Shown here piece by piece: positions 1 to 9,246 of a DNA stretch of 64,000 nucleotides. The translations under genes and the position numbers were made by a program. The notes under the pieces are model-generated. The model made no database searches. It saw only the letters and a program-made list of their open reading frames with translations, and was not told the DNA's origin. The stretch spans positions 6,494-70,493 of the forward strand of contig JAHLKV010000004.1 of assembly GCA_020444475.1 (NCBI GenBank), written 5' to 3'. Source of the DNA: a bacterium (GTDB lineage: Bacteria; Zixibacteria; MSB-5A5; GN15; FEB-12). How positions within the stretch are numbered: the first letter of the stretch is position 1; the number at the start of each line of letters is the position of its first letter.

Positions 1-692
1 ATGCGCCGAGCGAGCTGGTCGGCCAGCACTTGCGTGTCTTGCTGGAACGGTCCTGGCACGAGGAAGTCCGGCCCCGCATTGTCGCCCACGACCATGGTCC
101 GTACGAAGCGATCGCGCTGCATCGGGACGGTTCGGAGAAGGCGGTCCAGATTATCGCTTCGGAAGTGGGAATCGAGGGGCGCCGCTACCGGGTGGCGGCA
201 TTTCGTGATGTCACCGAGCAACGGACGATCGAGGAGCAGCTGCGGACCACCAACAACGCTCTCATGGCCGAGCAGTCGCGCCTGCAGCGGAAGAACGCCG
301 CGTTGGCCGAGTTGCTGGAGAGATTGCAGGCCGAGCGCGACGATCTGGCGGCGGAGATTCACGCCAACCTGGACCGACTCGTCTTTCCGATCATTCACCA
401 GCTTATCTCACGGCTGGAGGGTCCTGATCGCCGTCTGCTGCAGCAGCTGAGTGCTACTCTGAAGGAGATCACGGCGCCGTACATCTATCGACTGGAGTCG
501 GCGTACAGCTCGCTGTCGCCGCGCGAGGTCGAGGTGTGCAGCTACATCAAGGCGGGGCTTTCCTGTAAGGATATCGCGTCGACGTTGAACGTCTCTATCA
601 ATACCGTGCTCAAGCAGCGCCAGCGGATTCGGCAGAAGCTGGGCATCAGCAACGAGCCGATCAATCTGACCACGTATCTCAAAACGATCTGA
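1..692 (+). CDS. PAS / coiled-coil / LuxR-type HTH one-component regulator, 5' end cut by window edge
   Basis: Frame is open from nt 3 to the window edge; the ORF-track start at 30 is only a TTG. PAS-like C-terminal half (HRDGSEKAVQIIASEVGIEGRRYRVAAFRDVTEQ), heptad coiled coil (LMAEQSRLQRKNAALAELLERLQAE), C-terminal LuxR/FixJ HTH (SPREVEVCSYIKAGLSCKDIASTLNVSINTVLKQRQRIRQKLG). Same C-terminal architecture as 3465..4316 and 50027..52132. Confidence 0.8.
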   Translation, partial: APSELVGQHLRVLLERSWHEEVRPRIVAHDHGPYEAIALHRDGSEKAVQIIASEVGIEGRRYRVAAFRDVTEQRTIEEQLRTTNNALMAEQSRLQRKNAALAELLERLQAERDDLAAEIHANLDRLVFPIIHQLISRLEGPDRRLLQQLSATLKEITAPYIYRLESAYSSLSPREVEVCSYIKAGLSCKDIASTLNVSINTVLKQRQRIRQKLGISNEPINLTTYLKTI

Positions 693-744
693 CGGCCCAC
701 TAATGAGGGGTGGGGGGCCTGTTTCGTACCAACCGGCAGCTTCC

Positions 745-785
745 ATCAAGTACGCCGCGTACTTGATAAGTACTTGTTCAAGTAC
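745..785. promoter_or_regulatory. Array of (C)AAGTAC half-sites: perfect 23-bp palindrome ATCAAGTAC-GCCGC-GTACTTGAT, then AAGTACTT, then CAAGTAC
   Basis: Read directly: 745..767 is a perfect inverted repeat (9-nt arms, 5-nt spacer); 768..775 is self-complementary; 779..785 is a further half-site. About 50 nt after the LuxR-type gene stop and 285 nt upstream of the MCP start. Candidate operator; binding protein unknown. Confidence 0.35.
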
Positions 786-874
786 CGTCAACCCGTGGGC
801 TCCGCCGACCGACACTTTTAGTATTCTCGCGTCATGACAGCATGGATCTGACAGCGGAATGACTGACGTGGATG

Positions 875-967
875 AACGGCTGCTGTTTCGGCAGCAGCCG
901 TTGCAAAGTGTTCGGGGAGTGTGCGAGGGGGAGCCGACCGGAGCCGGCCTTTCAGGGGGCCGGCTCC
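875..967 (+). other. Two perfect GC-rich stem-loops in the regulator-MCP spacer
   Basis: 875..885 AACGGCTGCTG pairs with 892..902 CAGCAGCCGTT (11 bp). 940..949 GGAGCCGGCC pairs with 958..967 GGCCGGCTCC (10 bp). Neither is followed by a T-run. Confidence 0.5.
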
Positions 968-1069
968 GATCATCAAATCGCACTGAGGACCGGGCTTTCC
1001 ACCGGCATGGCGGGAAGATCGAAAGTCGATAATGAAACACGTGTTACAGTATAGTGCAGGGGATGGATT

Positions 1070-3151
1070 ATGAGCTGGAAAGATCTGAAAGTAGCGAAAA
1101 AGCTGTACATCGGATTCGGCATCGTCCTGGTGCTGGCCCTGGCGGTTGGGTATGCCGGTTGGAATGGGCTGACGAGTGTAGAACACAAGCATGCCGTGGC
1201 AGGGCATGCGCAGGAACTGGTGGTCCTGGCTAAAGACATGGGTACCAGTCGCGTGTCGTTTCGACACGACGCCAACCCCGATCATTTCGCTCGGCTTAGT
1301 GAGAAAGCCGAAGAGATGTTTGCCACATTCGATACGATGAAGTCGCTCCTGAAACATCAGGACGAAATCGAGATGGTCGACCGGGCACGCAAATACGGTA
1401 CCCTTTATCGCGATGTCTGGGGTGAGTGGGCAAATGTGACTGCCGAGATGGTGAAGGCCATGGAGAACATCACGGCCGACGCCAACGTGGCTCAGCGATC
1501 GTATGAATCTCTCAACACGACGGTCGAACGGCAGTGGGAGCAGGCGCTCAACGGTGGCGCCGACCAGCGGTCTCTGGAACAGACGGCCCGTCTGAGACTG
1601 GCGGTCGAGTCGATGCTTCGGCAGTATGCTGAGATGCGAGTGGCATATCGCAACTACCGGTTGACCGACGATCGGAAATACGCCGAGCAGATGTGGAACA
1701 CGATTGATGGAATCGTCGAGACCGGCAGGTCGGCTAAAACGTATGGCGCAATCGCGGGAGTCAACACCGAGCTTGACGGAATTATAGAAGCCACCCACGG
1801 CATCGGCGAGTCGATGAAGACTGTGGTCGACCGTCGGGAGTCCGCCAACGGTTTGTACGACACGCTGACAGGACACGCGAAAAGTCTGGTGGCGGAGCTC
1901 ACCTCTCTTCAGGAGGATCAGGAATTCGAGGCGCGGAGCGCCGAGAGCTCGGCCATCACCATGACGATCGTGTTTGTCGCAGGAGCGGTTCTTTTCGGGA
2001 TTGCCATAGCGTTCTTCATCGCTCGCGGCATCTCGCGTCCGGTTTCCGACATGGCCCGCATCGCGGAGCAGATTTCCACCGGTGATGTGGATCATCAGAT
2101 TGCCTATGCCGCACGTGACGAAATCGGGACCCTGGCGGACTCCTTCCGTCGCCTGATAGACTACATGCGGTCGCTGTCGGATGTCGCCGAGCGGGTGGCC
2201 GAAAACGACCTGACCGTTTCGGTCCAGCCGAAGTCCGAGAAGGACACGCTGGGGATATCCTTCCAGACGATGATCAAGAATCTGACCACGATCATCCGTC
2301 AGCTGCGGGACAACGCGGGTCAGCTGGTATCGGCGGCCACCGAGATATCATCGTCATCGGAGCAGATGGCCCGGGGGGCGCAGGATCAGTCATTGCAGGT
2401 GACGCAGGTCTCGACGGCGGTCGAAGAGATGACGGCGACGATCGTGGAGTCGTCGCGGAATGCCGGCGATGCTACCGACGCGTCGCGTAACGCCTCGGAG
2501 ACAGCCACCAACGGTGGTCGTATCGTGGGGGATACGATTCAGGGTATGCAGCGTATCGCCGAAGTGGTGCGCGGTTCGGCCGAGTCGATCGGCAAGCTGG
2601 CCCAGTCGGCTGACCAGATCGGGGAAATTATAGGAGTAATCGACGATATCGCCGATCAGACGAATCTGCTGGCGCTTAATGCGGCGATCGAGGCGGCCCG
2701 AGCCGGCGAACAGGGAAGAGGGTTCGCGGTGGTGGCCGACGAGGTCCGGAAGCTGGCGGAGCGGACGGGCAAGGCGACCGGTGAGATCACGGAGATGATC
2801 AAGGGTATTCAGGTGGAGACGAGTGAAGCGGTCCAGTCGATGGAATCGGGTATCAAGGAAGTTGACAGCGGCCGCGAACTGGCGGATCAGGCCGGGACGA
2901 GTCTGAACGAGATCGTGTCGATGACGCAGCGGGTGATGGACATGATCCAGCAGATCGCGACGGCGTCAGAAGAGCAGTCGACCGCCGCGGAGCAGATCTC
3001 GAAGAACATCGAGCAGGTAGCGTCGATCACCAAGGAGACTGCCACCGGAGCGGAGCAGTCGGCAGCAGCGGCTGAAGAGCTGAACCGTCAGGCGGAAGGT
3101 CTGCAGGCGATGGTAGCCCGGTTTACGTTACGTGAGACGGCTGACGTGTAG
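1070..3151 (+). CDS. Methyl-accepting chemotaxis protein (helical periplasmic sensor, HAMP, MA domain)
   Basis: 693 aa. N-terminal TM ([20 protein letters not shown]), ~270-aa helical periplasmic region, second TM ([23 protein letters not shown]), HAMP, and the signalling hairpin motif [40 protein letters not shown]. Confidence 0.95.
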   Translation: MSWKDLKVAKKLYIGFGIVLVLALAVGYAGWNGLTSVEHKHAVAGHAQELVVLAKDMGTSRVSFRHDANPDHFARLSEKAEEMFATFDTMKSLLKHQDEIEMVDRARKYGTLYRDVWGEWANVTAEMVKAMENITADANVAQRSYESLNTTVERQWEQALNGGADQRSLEQTARLRLAVESMLRQYAEMRVAYRNYRLTDDRKYAEQMWNTIDGIVETGRSAKTYGAIAGVNTELDGIIEATHGIGESMKTVVDRRESANGLYDTLTGHAKSLVAELTSLQEDQEFEARSAESSAITMTIVFVAGAVLFGIAIAFFIARGISRPVSDMARIAEQISTGDVDHQIAYAARDEIGTLADSFRRLIDYMRSLSDVAERVAENDLTVSVQPKSEKDTLGISFQTMIKNLTTIIRQLRDNAGQLVSAATEISSSSEQMARGAQDQSLQVTQVSTAVEEMTATIVESSRNAGDATDASRNASETATNGGRIVGDTIQGMQRIAEVVRGSAESIGKLAQSADQIGEIIGVIDDIADQTNLLALNAAIEAARAGEQGRGFAVVADEVRKLAERTGKATGEITEMIKGIQVETSEAVQSMESGIKEVDSGRELADQAGTSLNEIVSMTQRVMDMIQQIATASEEQSTAAEQISKNIEQVASITKETATGAEQSAAAAEELNRQAEGLQAMVARFTLRETADV
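2309..3125 (+). repeat. High-identity paralogous segment (copy A) shared with 5817..6633
   Basis: Gap-free alignment at a constant offset of 3508 nt. Includes a perfectly identical run of more than 130 nt (2630..2763 = 6138..6271), one mismatch, then 48 more identical nt. Confidence 0.9.
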
Positions 3152-3226
3152 GAGCGCCGTTGGCCGTGAGTGTTGCCCCAATGCAGACGTAAGCGCATCA
3201 TGCGCCTGAACACTGCATTCGTACAG

Positions 3227-3263
3227 CGCGTGGATCGCCCCCCGTCGATCCACGCGTTTTTTT
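3227..3263 (+). terminator. Rho-independent terminator of MCP gene 1
   Basis: CGCGTGGATCG (3227..3237) / CGATCCACGCG (3246..3256), perfect 11-bp stem, 8-nt loop, followed by T7 (3257..3263). Confidence 0.8.
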
Positions 3264-3464
3264 GGAGATATATACATCACGCTGTTCAGTTATTGCTCAT
3301 TGTGACGATAGTTGTCATAAGAGTTATTCAGTATCGAATCAGTCTGATTTGGGACAGATGTTTCGAACAGTCTCGATGTTGTTGCAGGTATTGTTTCTCA
3401 GAAGTACAAGAGGACATGTCATGTTTTCAGTCATCCGGGTTGGACAACTGGGGAGGCAATTGAC

Positions 3465-4316
3465 ATGAATCGTCGCAGTTCCGACGGGGGAGGACACCTG
3501 TTGAAACTGCGGGGGATTAAGGGAAGCGAACTTGACAAGCTCGCCGACCAGTGCGAGGGGAGACTGGTTCACGATGGTGAGAGCGTGCAGGACATAAATC
3601 GTAGAGGCGCCCAAATGCTCGGCTATGAGCCGGAGGACCTTCGAGGGCGTCTACTTAGAGAACTCGGGAGTTTTCCACTGGACGTCGGGTACTCGTCGGA
3701 AGTCTGTTCCAGTACTACCGTGACTGCCGTTCATAAGGATGGATCTCACGTCAATCTCGAAGTCATGCCGGTTCGCGGCTCGGGAAACTCGGGGGAGTAC
3801 GCAGAACTGGTTTTCCACTTCACGGACTGCTGCAAGGGGTGGTGGGATCGCCTGCAGAGACTATCGGAACGACTGGAAGAACTCAACTCCGAAGTCCATC
3901 GCAAGGAAGAGTCCATTCGCGAAGTGCTGTTGCAGGTGGAGAAGATAAAGCGGTCGGCCTCGGAGGAGTTTTCACAGAGCGTCGATCGGATCTTGATGCC
4001 GATGATTGACTTGTTGAAGCAGGGGGCAAGTGCCCATCAGATTCGGCTTGTCAACCTCATGGAGAGTTACCTGGAATCCTTCGGCGACCGACGTTCTCCC
4101 GATCCGCTCGCTCGTCAATCCAGTTTGACTCCCCGGGAAATGCAGATCTGCCAGATGATCCGGGAAGGGTTGTCCACCGGCGAGATAGCCTCTATTCTGC
4201 GAACTTCGACACATACCGTGGCTACCCAGCGAAAGGTCATCCGCAAGAAGCTGGGACTGATCGGTGGGGAGATCAACCTGGGAGCCTATCTTCAGCACAT
4301 TGGATCGGAGGAATAG
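3465..4316 (+). CDS. PAS / coiled-coil / LuxR-type HTH one-component regulator
   Basis: 283 aa. GGGGAGG 8 nt upstream of the ATG. PAS-like N-terminal half, coiled coil (LERLEELNSEVHRKEESIREVLLQVEKIK), LuxR HTH (TPREMQICQMIREGLSTGEIASILRTSTHTVATQRKVIRKKLG). No receiver or kinase domain. Confidence 0.85.
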   Translation: MNRRSSDGGGHLLKLRGIKGSELDKLADQCEGRLVHDGESVQDINRRGAQMLGYEPEDLRGRLLRELGSFPLDVGYSSEVCSSTTVTAVHKDGSHVNLEVMPVRGSGNSGEYAELVFHFTDCCKGWWDRLQRLSERLEELNSEVHRKEESIREVLLQVEKIKRSASEEFSQSVDRILMPMIDLLKQGASAHQIRLVNLMESYLESFGDRRSPDPLARQSSLTPREMQICQMIREGLSTGEIASILRTSTHTVATQRKVIRKKLGLIGGEINLGAYLQHIGSEE

Positions 4317-4538
4317 CGTCCGCCCCACTATCGGACCGGGTAGCAATGATACCTGATTTATCCCTCGTTTTACCCGCTCCGGTACGTGGACGTCGGGGAC
4401 GATATTCCTAACAAAGCGAAATCCACAGACTCCGCCGCTTGGGGGATATGACCTTCCACGATCAGGCATTCGGGTTGTCAGTTCGGGAAAGCCGGTCCGG
4501 GCGTCTGGTAATTCACGTATCCACAAGGAGGGTGTTCC

Positions 4539-6662
4539 ATGCGGTGGAAAGACCTGAAGGTCGGCAAGAAGCTCAGTATCGGTTTTGGACTGATTCTGGT
4601 GGTCTTCGCACTTGCTGCCATTCTCAATTACTCGAACCTCGGCGATATCGAAGAAGCGTCCGGTGAACTGGAACAGGCGATCGAACACGAGCTTCTGATG
4701 CTCGCCAAGGTGACGGACCATGTCGACTGGGCGAAGAACCTTCAGGCGCTGTTTGCCGATGACAGGGTAACTTCAGTGACCGTTCAGACCGACGACCACA
4801 AGTGCGGTCTCGGTACCTGGATGTACGGCGAAGAGGCCACCGAGCTGGCAGCAAAAGATCCTGAGTTCGCCCGGCTTATGAAGGACCTGGAAGTCTCCCA
4901 CAAGCGTCTTCACCAGAGCGCGATCAAGATCGATGAAGAGTACGTTGCGTTCGATATGGAGATTCGCTCGATGCTCATCGATCGCTGGATCGACCATCTG
5001 AATTGGGTGGAGAAGCTGGCCCACTCAATCGTCTCACGGTCAACATTCGAGGGAATCAGAGACCCACACCAGTGTGCTTTCGGCAAGTGGTATGACGGCT
5101 ATGCGGCCGATAATCCGGAGTTTGCGGCATTGCTGAAGAAATGGGAGCACCCGCATGCGGCACTGCATGAGACAGCCGATCGGATCTACCAGGCCGAGAA
5201 ACGGGGCGACTACCAGACTGCGCAAACGATCTTCTCAAAGGAAACCTCTGTGATCATCGAGGAGCTTCGCTCTGCGTATGCCGGGACGATGGCGTGGGTT
5301 AACGGGGTCGTCGATCATCAACATAAGGCTCAGGAGATCTATGCCACGGAGACAGAGCAGGCGCTGGGTGGGGCCAGAGCGGCCTTAACGAACCTGGTGA
5401 GTCACTTTGGTGCCAAGGCAGAGGCCTCGAAGGCCGAGACGGAGTCGACCATCGCAGGCAGTGTCCGTTCGCTGGCTATCTTTACACTGATCGGCGTTAT
5501 TATCGGTGTGTTGGGTGCTTGGTTGATAACTCGAGGTATCTCCGGGCCGGTTTCGCGCATGTCCTATGTTGCGGACAAGATCGCGGTTGGTGATGTCGAT
5601 CACATCATCGAGGTCGACAGCAAGGACGAGATAGGTCTTTTGGGGCGAGCATTCCAATCGCTTATTGCGTATATGACCGAGTTGTCCACCGCGGCGAAGT
5701 CGATTGCAGACAACGACCTGACGGTTCATGTCGAGCCGAAGTCGGAACAGGATGTGCTGGGTCAATCTTTCAAGACCATGATCTTCAACTTGACCGGCAT
5801 GGTACGGATGCTGAAGGATAATGCGGCGCAACTGGTGTCGGCGGCGACGGAGATATCATCGTCGTCAGAGCAAATGGCCCGGGGTGCGCAGGATCAGTCG
5901 CAGCAGGTGACGCAGGTATCGACCGCGGTCGAAGAGATGACGGCGACGATCGTGGAGTCTTCTCGGAACGCCGGCGACGCAACCGATGCCTCGCGAGGCG
6001 CGGCTGAGACAGCCACAACCGGTGGACAGATCGTTAGTGATACGATTCATGGTATGCAGAAGATCGCCGAGGTCGTGCGTGGTTCGGCCGAGTCGATCGG
6101 CAAGCTGGCCCAGTCGGCCGATCAGATCGGGGAGATCATAGGAGTAATCGACGATATCGCCGATCAGACGAATCTGCTGGCGCTTAATGCGGCGATCGAG
6201 GCGGCCCGAGCCGGCGAACAGGGAAGAGGGTTCGCGGTGGTGGCCGACGAGGTCCGGAAGCTGGCGGAGCGAACGGGCAAGGCGACCGGTGAGATCACGG
6301 AGATGATCAAGGGTATTCAGACGGAGACGAAAGAAGCGGTTCAGTCGATGGAGTCAGGTATTGCCGAGGTCGATAAAGGTCGGGATCTTGCCGACCGAGC
6401 CGGCAGCAGCCTGAGTGAGATAGTCACGATGTCGCAGCGAGTGATGGACATGATCCAGCAGATCGCGACGGCGTCAGAGGAGCAGTCGACGGCCGCCGAG
6501 CAGATCTCGAAGAACATCGAACAGGTTGCTTCGATTACGCGGGAAACCGCCTCTGGCGCCGAGCAGTCGGCGGCAGCCGCTGAAGAGCTGAACCGTCAGG
6601 CTGAAGGAATGCAGACTATGGTGGCCCGATTCCGTTTGGCGACGGTGGAGGATCAGGAGTAA
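4539..6662 (+). CDS. Methyl-accepting chemotaxis protein with two tandem CZB-like (zinc-binding) motifs in the predicted periplasmic domain
   Basis: 707 aa. AAGGAGG RBS. TM1 aa 12-30, TM2 aa ~311-331, HAMP, and an MA domain ~90% identical to MCP 1. Between the TMs there are two full matches to H-x2-W ... C-x-[LF]-G-x-W ... H-x3-H (H61/C89/H121/H125 and H153/C179/H206/H210). Confidence 0.95.
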   Translation: MRWKDLKVGKKLSIGFGLILVVFALAAILNYSNLGDIEEASGELEQAIEHELLMLAKVTDHVDWAKNLQALFADDRVTSVTVQTDDHKCGLGTWMYGEEATELAAKDPEFARLMKDLEVSHKRLHQSAIKIDEEYVAFDMEIRSMLIDRWIDHLNWVEKLAHSIVSRSTFEGIRDPHQCAFGKWYDGYAADNPEFAALLKKWEHPHAALHETADRIYQAEKRGDYQTAQTIFSKETSVIIEELRSAYAGTMAWVNGVVDHQHKAQEIYATETEQALGGARAALTNLVSHFGAKAEASKAETESTIAGSVRSLAIFTLIGVIIGVLGAWLITRGISGPVSRMSYVADKIAVGDVDHIIEVDSKDEIGLLGRAFQSLIAYMTELSTAAKSIADNDLTVHVEPKSEQDVLGQSFKTMIFNLTGMVRMLKDNAAQLVSAATEISSSSEQMARGAQDQSQQVTQVSTAVEEMTATIVESSRNAGDATDASRGAAETATTGGQIVSDTIHGMQKIAEVVRGSAESIGKLAQSADQIGEIIGVIDDIADQTNLLALNAAIEAARAGEQGRGFAVVADEVRKLAERTGKATGEITEMIKGIQTETKEAVQSMESGIAEVDKGRDLADRAGSSLSEIVTMSQRVMDMIQQIATASEEQSTAAEQISKNIEQVASITRETASGAEQSAAAAEELNRQAEGMQTMVARFRLATVEDQE
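5817..6633 (+). repeat. High-identity paralogous segment (copy B) shared with 2309..3125
   Basis: See copy A; constant offset of 3508 nt with no indels. Confidence 0.9.
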
Positions 6663-6735
6663 ACAGGACTTTTCCGGCTCATTGCATAACAGGCCGATCG
6701 GCCGGTCGAGAGGCTGATCGGCTCGAAGCTGAGGG

Positions 6736-6769
6736 CGCGCGGAGGTTTCTCTCCGCGCGTTTTCTTTTG
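6736..6769 (+). terminator. Rho-independent terminator of MCP gene 2
   Basis: CGCGCGGAG (6736..6744) / CTCCGCGCG (6751..6759), 6-nt loop, then TTTTCTTTTG. Confidence 0.75.
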
Positions 6770-6860
6770 TTGTCCGCCCACATGCTCGGTGTGTATACCC
6801 TGCAATCCTTTCGTTCGGATAAGTATATGCGTGTTGGGCGCTTATGACATCCGACTTTCA

Positions 6861-6889
6861 TTGACAAGAACTCGGAAAGGGTGTATCTA
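6861..6889 (+). promoter_or_regulatory. Sigma70-like promoter candidate for the CBS/DASS gene pair
   Basis: TTGACA (6861..6866), 17-nt spacer, TATCTA (6884..6889); ~100-nt leader before ATG 6997. Confidence 0.35.
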
Positions 6890-6996
6890 AGGGGGTCGGA
6901 TGTGATCCGGACACGGTCGGTCTCCTGTCGATCGCGACGGCGGATGAGAGGCTTTTCCGGCGTCCGCGGCAGGCTCACACGAACGAGGAGTGTTGG

Positions 6997-7527
6997 ATGG
7001 CTACCAAACGGGCCGGGGATATCATGATCCCGCTGGATCAGTATCCACATATCCCCTACTGGTTCACGCTTCGCCAGGCAATCGCCGAGATCGAACTTTC
7101 CACGATTGAATACAAAGGTCGTCAGTCGCTTCCCCGGGCTCTGTTGGTGTTCGATGAGAAGTACGAGTTGGTCGGTGTGCTTCGACGCCGCGACATTCTC
7201 GGTGGTCTCGAGCCGCGCTTTCTCCAGAAGAAAGCGAAGTCGCCTGAGGGGCAGCGTCACTGGTTCGATATCGATCTCGATCCGAATCTCCTAGATCTTT
7301 CCAACGGCGCCAGTACGGAGCAGATGTTGAAGCAGGCCGAGCTTCCGGTAGAGGAGTTCATGAAGCCGATCGTGGAGACGGTCGATGTAGACGATCCGCT
7401 TGCGAAGGTGGTGTACAAAATGCTCCATACCGACGAAGCGCTGGTTCCGGTGCTGGACGACCAGAAGGTAGTGGGAGTGGTACGTTCGGTCGATGTCTTT
7501 CACGAGATAGCCGGGCAGCTGTTGTAG
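6997..7527 (+). CDS. CBS-domain pair protein
   Basis: 176 aa. GAGGAG RBS. Two CBS-like repeats (GDIMIPLDQYPHI...ELVGVLRRRDIL and VEEFMKPIVETVDVDDPLAKVVYKML...ALVPVLDDQKVVGVVRSVDVFHEI). Confidence 0.8.
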   Translation: MATKRAGDIMIPLDQYPHIPYWFTLRQAIAEIELSTIEYKGRQSLPRALLVFDEKYELVGVLRRRDILGGLEPRFLQKKAKSPEGQRHWFDIDLDPNLLDLSNGASTEQMLKQAELPVEEFMKPIVETVDVDDPLAKVVYKMLHTDEALVPVLDDQKVVGVVRSVDVFHEIAGQLL

Positions 7528-7573
7528 AGAACTCACCGACTAAATCATCGTTTGCTTCTTGCTGGGAGTGGTG

Positions 7574-9112
7574 ATGGTCAGACCGTTTAAGAAGAAGGAC
7601 GCGGCACATCCGGGACACGGAGCGGGACTTCCGCCGATGCCCGACGAGGTTCGGGTGGCCCGCGCGAGACGACAGGTAGACTGGAAGCGAATAGGTCTTA
7701 TCCTCCTTGGTCTGGCCTTTTTCTCTGTCATCTATTTCTCGCCGCAGTGGTCGGACGCCGTTGACCCGAAAGGGGAGCATTTCGTCCTGAGCCGGGAAGG
7801 GAAGGCGGCGATCGGCCTGTTTTTCCTCGCGGCGATCTGGTGGGTATTCGAGGTGGTCCCGATCGGGGTGACCTCGATTGCGATCGGTGTTGTGCAGGCC
7901 CTCTTTCTCATTCGTCCCGCCAAGATTGCGTTCACCGATTTCATGGATCCTTCGGTGTGGTTCATTATCGGTTCGGTGGTGATCGGAATGGCGTTCACCC
8001 GATCCGGTCTGACCAAGCGGATGGCGTACAAGATGCTGTTGATCGTGGGGGAGAAGACGTCGATGATTTATCTCGGCAGTTTCGTCATGACGGCCGGGCT
8101 GACGTTGATTATGGCCCACACGGCGGTGGCGGCGGCGGTTTTTCCGCTTCTGATGGCGATCTATGCCCTGTACGAGAAAGACAGCCGGCCGACTCGGTTC
8201 GGGAGGGGCCTGTTTATCGGGATGGCGTTCGTGGCCGGGGCGGGGAGTATCATTACCCTGCTGGGGGCAGCGCGCGGCGCGGTGGCAATCGGCTTTTTCC
8301 GCGACATCCTCGGCAAGGAGATAGGCTTTTTCGAATTGTCGTATTACATGGCGCCGGTGGGCATCGTTATGGTGCTCCTGCTGTGGTTGTTTATGATGGT
8401 GTTCTTCAAGCCGGAAGAGAAGACGATTCCCGGACTTCGCCAGCGCGCCCAGCAGCTTAACGCCGGGCTTGGTCCGATGTCGCGCACGGAGGTGCTGACG
8501 CTGGTGATCGTTGCTTCGACCATTCTGACGATGTCGCTTCGGTCGTTTGTCCCCGGTCTCGACCAACTCGATAAAAGCGCCATTATTTTGTGTTCGACCA
8601 TCTGTTTCTTCCTTCTCAATATCCTGAGCATCAAAGACCTCGAAGAGATCCCGTGGAATATCGTGTTGCTGTTCGGTGGGGCGATGAGTATCGGGTTCTG
8701 TCTCTGGCAGACCGGTGCGGCGAGCTGGATGGCTATTCTCTGGCTGAACCTGCTGGAGAACGCCCACTGGTTCATATTCGTTATGGGGATCTCGATATTC
8801 GTGCTGGTCATGACCAACCTGATTATGAACGTGGCGGCTATTGCAATCACGCTGCCGGTGGCATTGGTGATCGCGCCGTATCTGGGTGTGGCGCCGGAAG
8901 TGGTGTTGTATTCGTCACTGGTGGTGGCCGGGATGCCGTTCCTGCTGTTGGTCGGCGCAGCGCCCAATGCTATCGCGTACGAGAGCAAGCAGTTCACCAG
9001 CGGGCAGTTTCTGACGGCGGGCATTCCGGCCAGCCTGATCCTGCTTGTGGTGCTGGCGGCATTTGTCAGTTTCATTTGGCCGATGATGGGGATGCAGGTG
9101 ACGATTGGATAG
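7574..9112 (+). CDS. DASS/SLC13-type anion:cation symporter (ArsB/NhaD permease superfamily)
   Basis: Polytopic membrane protein. GKAAIGLFFLAAIWWVFEVVPIGVTSIAIGVVQALFLI is typical of the family. ATG 7574 is preceded by GGGAG; the ORF track starts at TTG 7559. Confidence 0.8.
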   Translation: MVRPFKKKDAAHPGHGAGLPPMPDEVRVARARRQVDWKRIGLILLGLAFFSVIYFSPQWSDAVDPKGEHFVLSREGKAAIGLFFLAAIWWVFEVVPIGVTSIAIGVVQALFLIRPAKIAFTDFMDPSVWFIIGSVVIGMAFTRSGLTKRMAYKMLLIVGEKTSMIYLGSFVMTAGLTLIMAHTAVAAAVFPLLMAIYALYEKDSRPTRFGRGLFIGMAFVAGAGSIITLLGAARGAVAIGFFRDILGKEIGFFELSYYMAPVGIVMVLLLWLFMMVFFKPEEKTIPGLRQRAQQLNAGLGPMSRTEVLTLVIVASTILTMSLRSFVPGLDQLDKSAIILCSTICFFLLNILSIKDLEEIPWNIVLLFGGAMSIGFCLWQTGAASWMAILWLNLLENAHWFIFVMGISIFVLVMTNLIMNVAAIAITLPVALVIAPYLGVAPEVVLYSSLVVAGMPFLLLVGAAPNAIAYESKQFTSGQFLTAGIPASLILLVVLAAFVSFIWPMMGMQVTIG

Positions 9113-9157
9113 CGCCCCCCCCGTGGACCATCCCGGTCGCTATGTGAAAAACCGAAA

Positions 9158-9186
9158 GGCGGGCCGATCCATGAGATCGACCCGCC
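9158..9186. terminator. Hairpin between convergent genes (possible bidirectional terminator)
   Basis: GGCGGGCCGATC / GATCGACCCGCC (12-bp stem with one mismatch), 5-nt loop. TCTTCTTG follows on the + strand and a T-rich run follows on the - strand. Confidence 0.5.
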
Positions 9187-9246
9187 TCTTCTTGTGTGAT
9201 GACACACCACCTGAGCGGGTATGTCTTTCCAGGCGCGGAGCAGGAA

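Noticed and set aside
818-2095. 425-aa - strand ORF, plus similar antisense ORFs at 7358..8767 (-), 9865..11052 (+), 15856..16989 (+), 28407..29270 (-), 30401..31432 (-), 32707..33738 (-), 33930..34787 (-), 53049..53798 (-), 57663..58451 (-) and 58352..59155 (-)
   Set aside because: Each overlaps, on the opposite strand, a gene with clear family signatures (MCP, DASS transporter, DUF4397 protein, T9SS cargo, HAO-like cytochrome, and so on). None has a convincing RBS, signal peptide or motif.
3264-3464. AT-rich 200-nt stretch with small ORFs 3170..3463 and 3262..3468
   Set aside because: It sits between a strong terminator and the next gene's RBS. The ORFs have no RBS and show odd composition. 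Best explained as the promoter region of the second PAS-LuxR gene.
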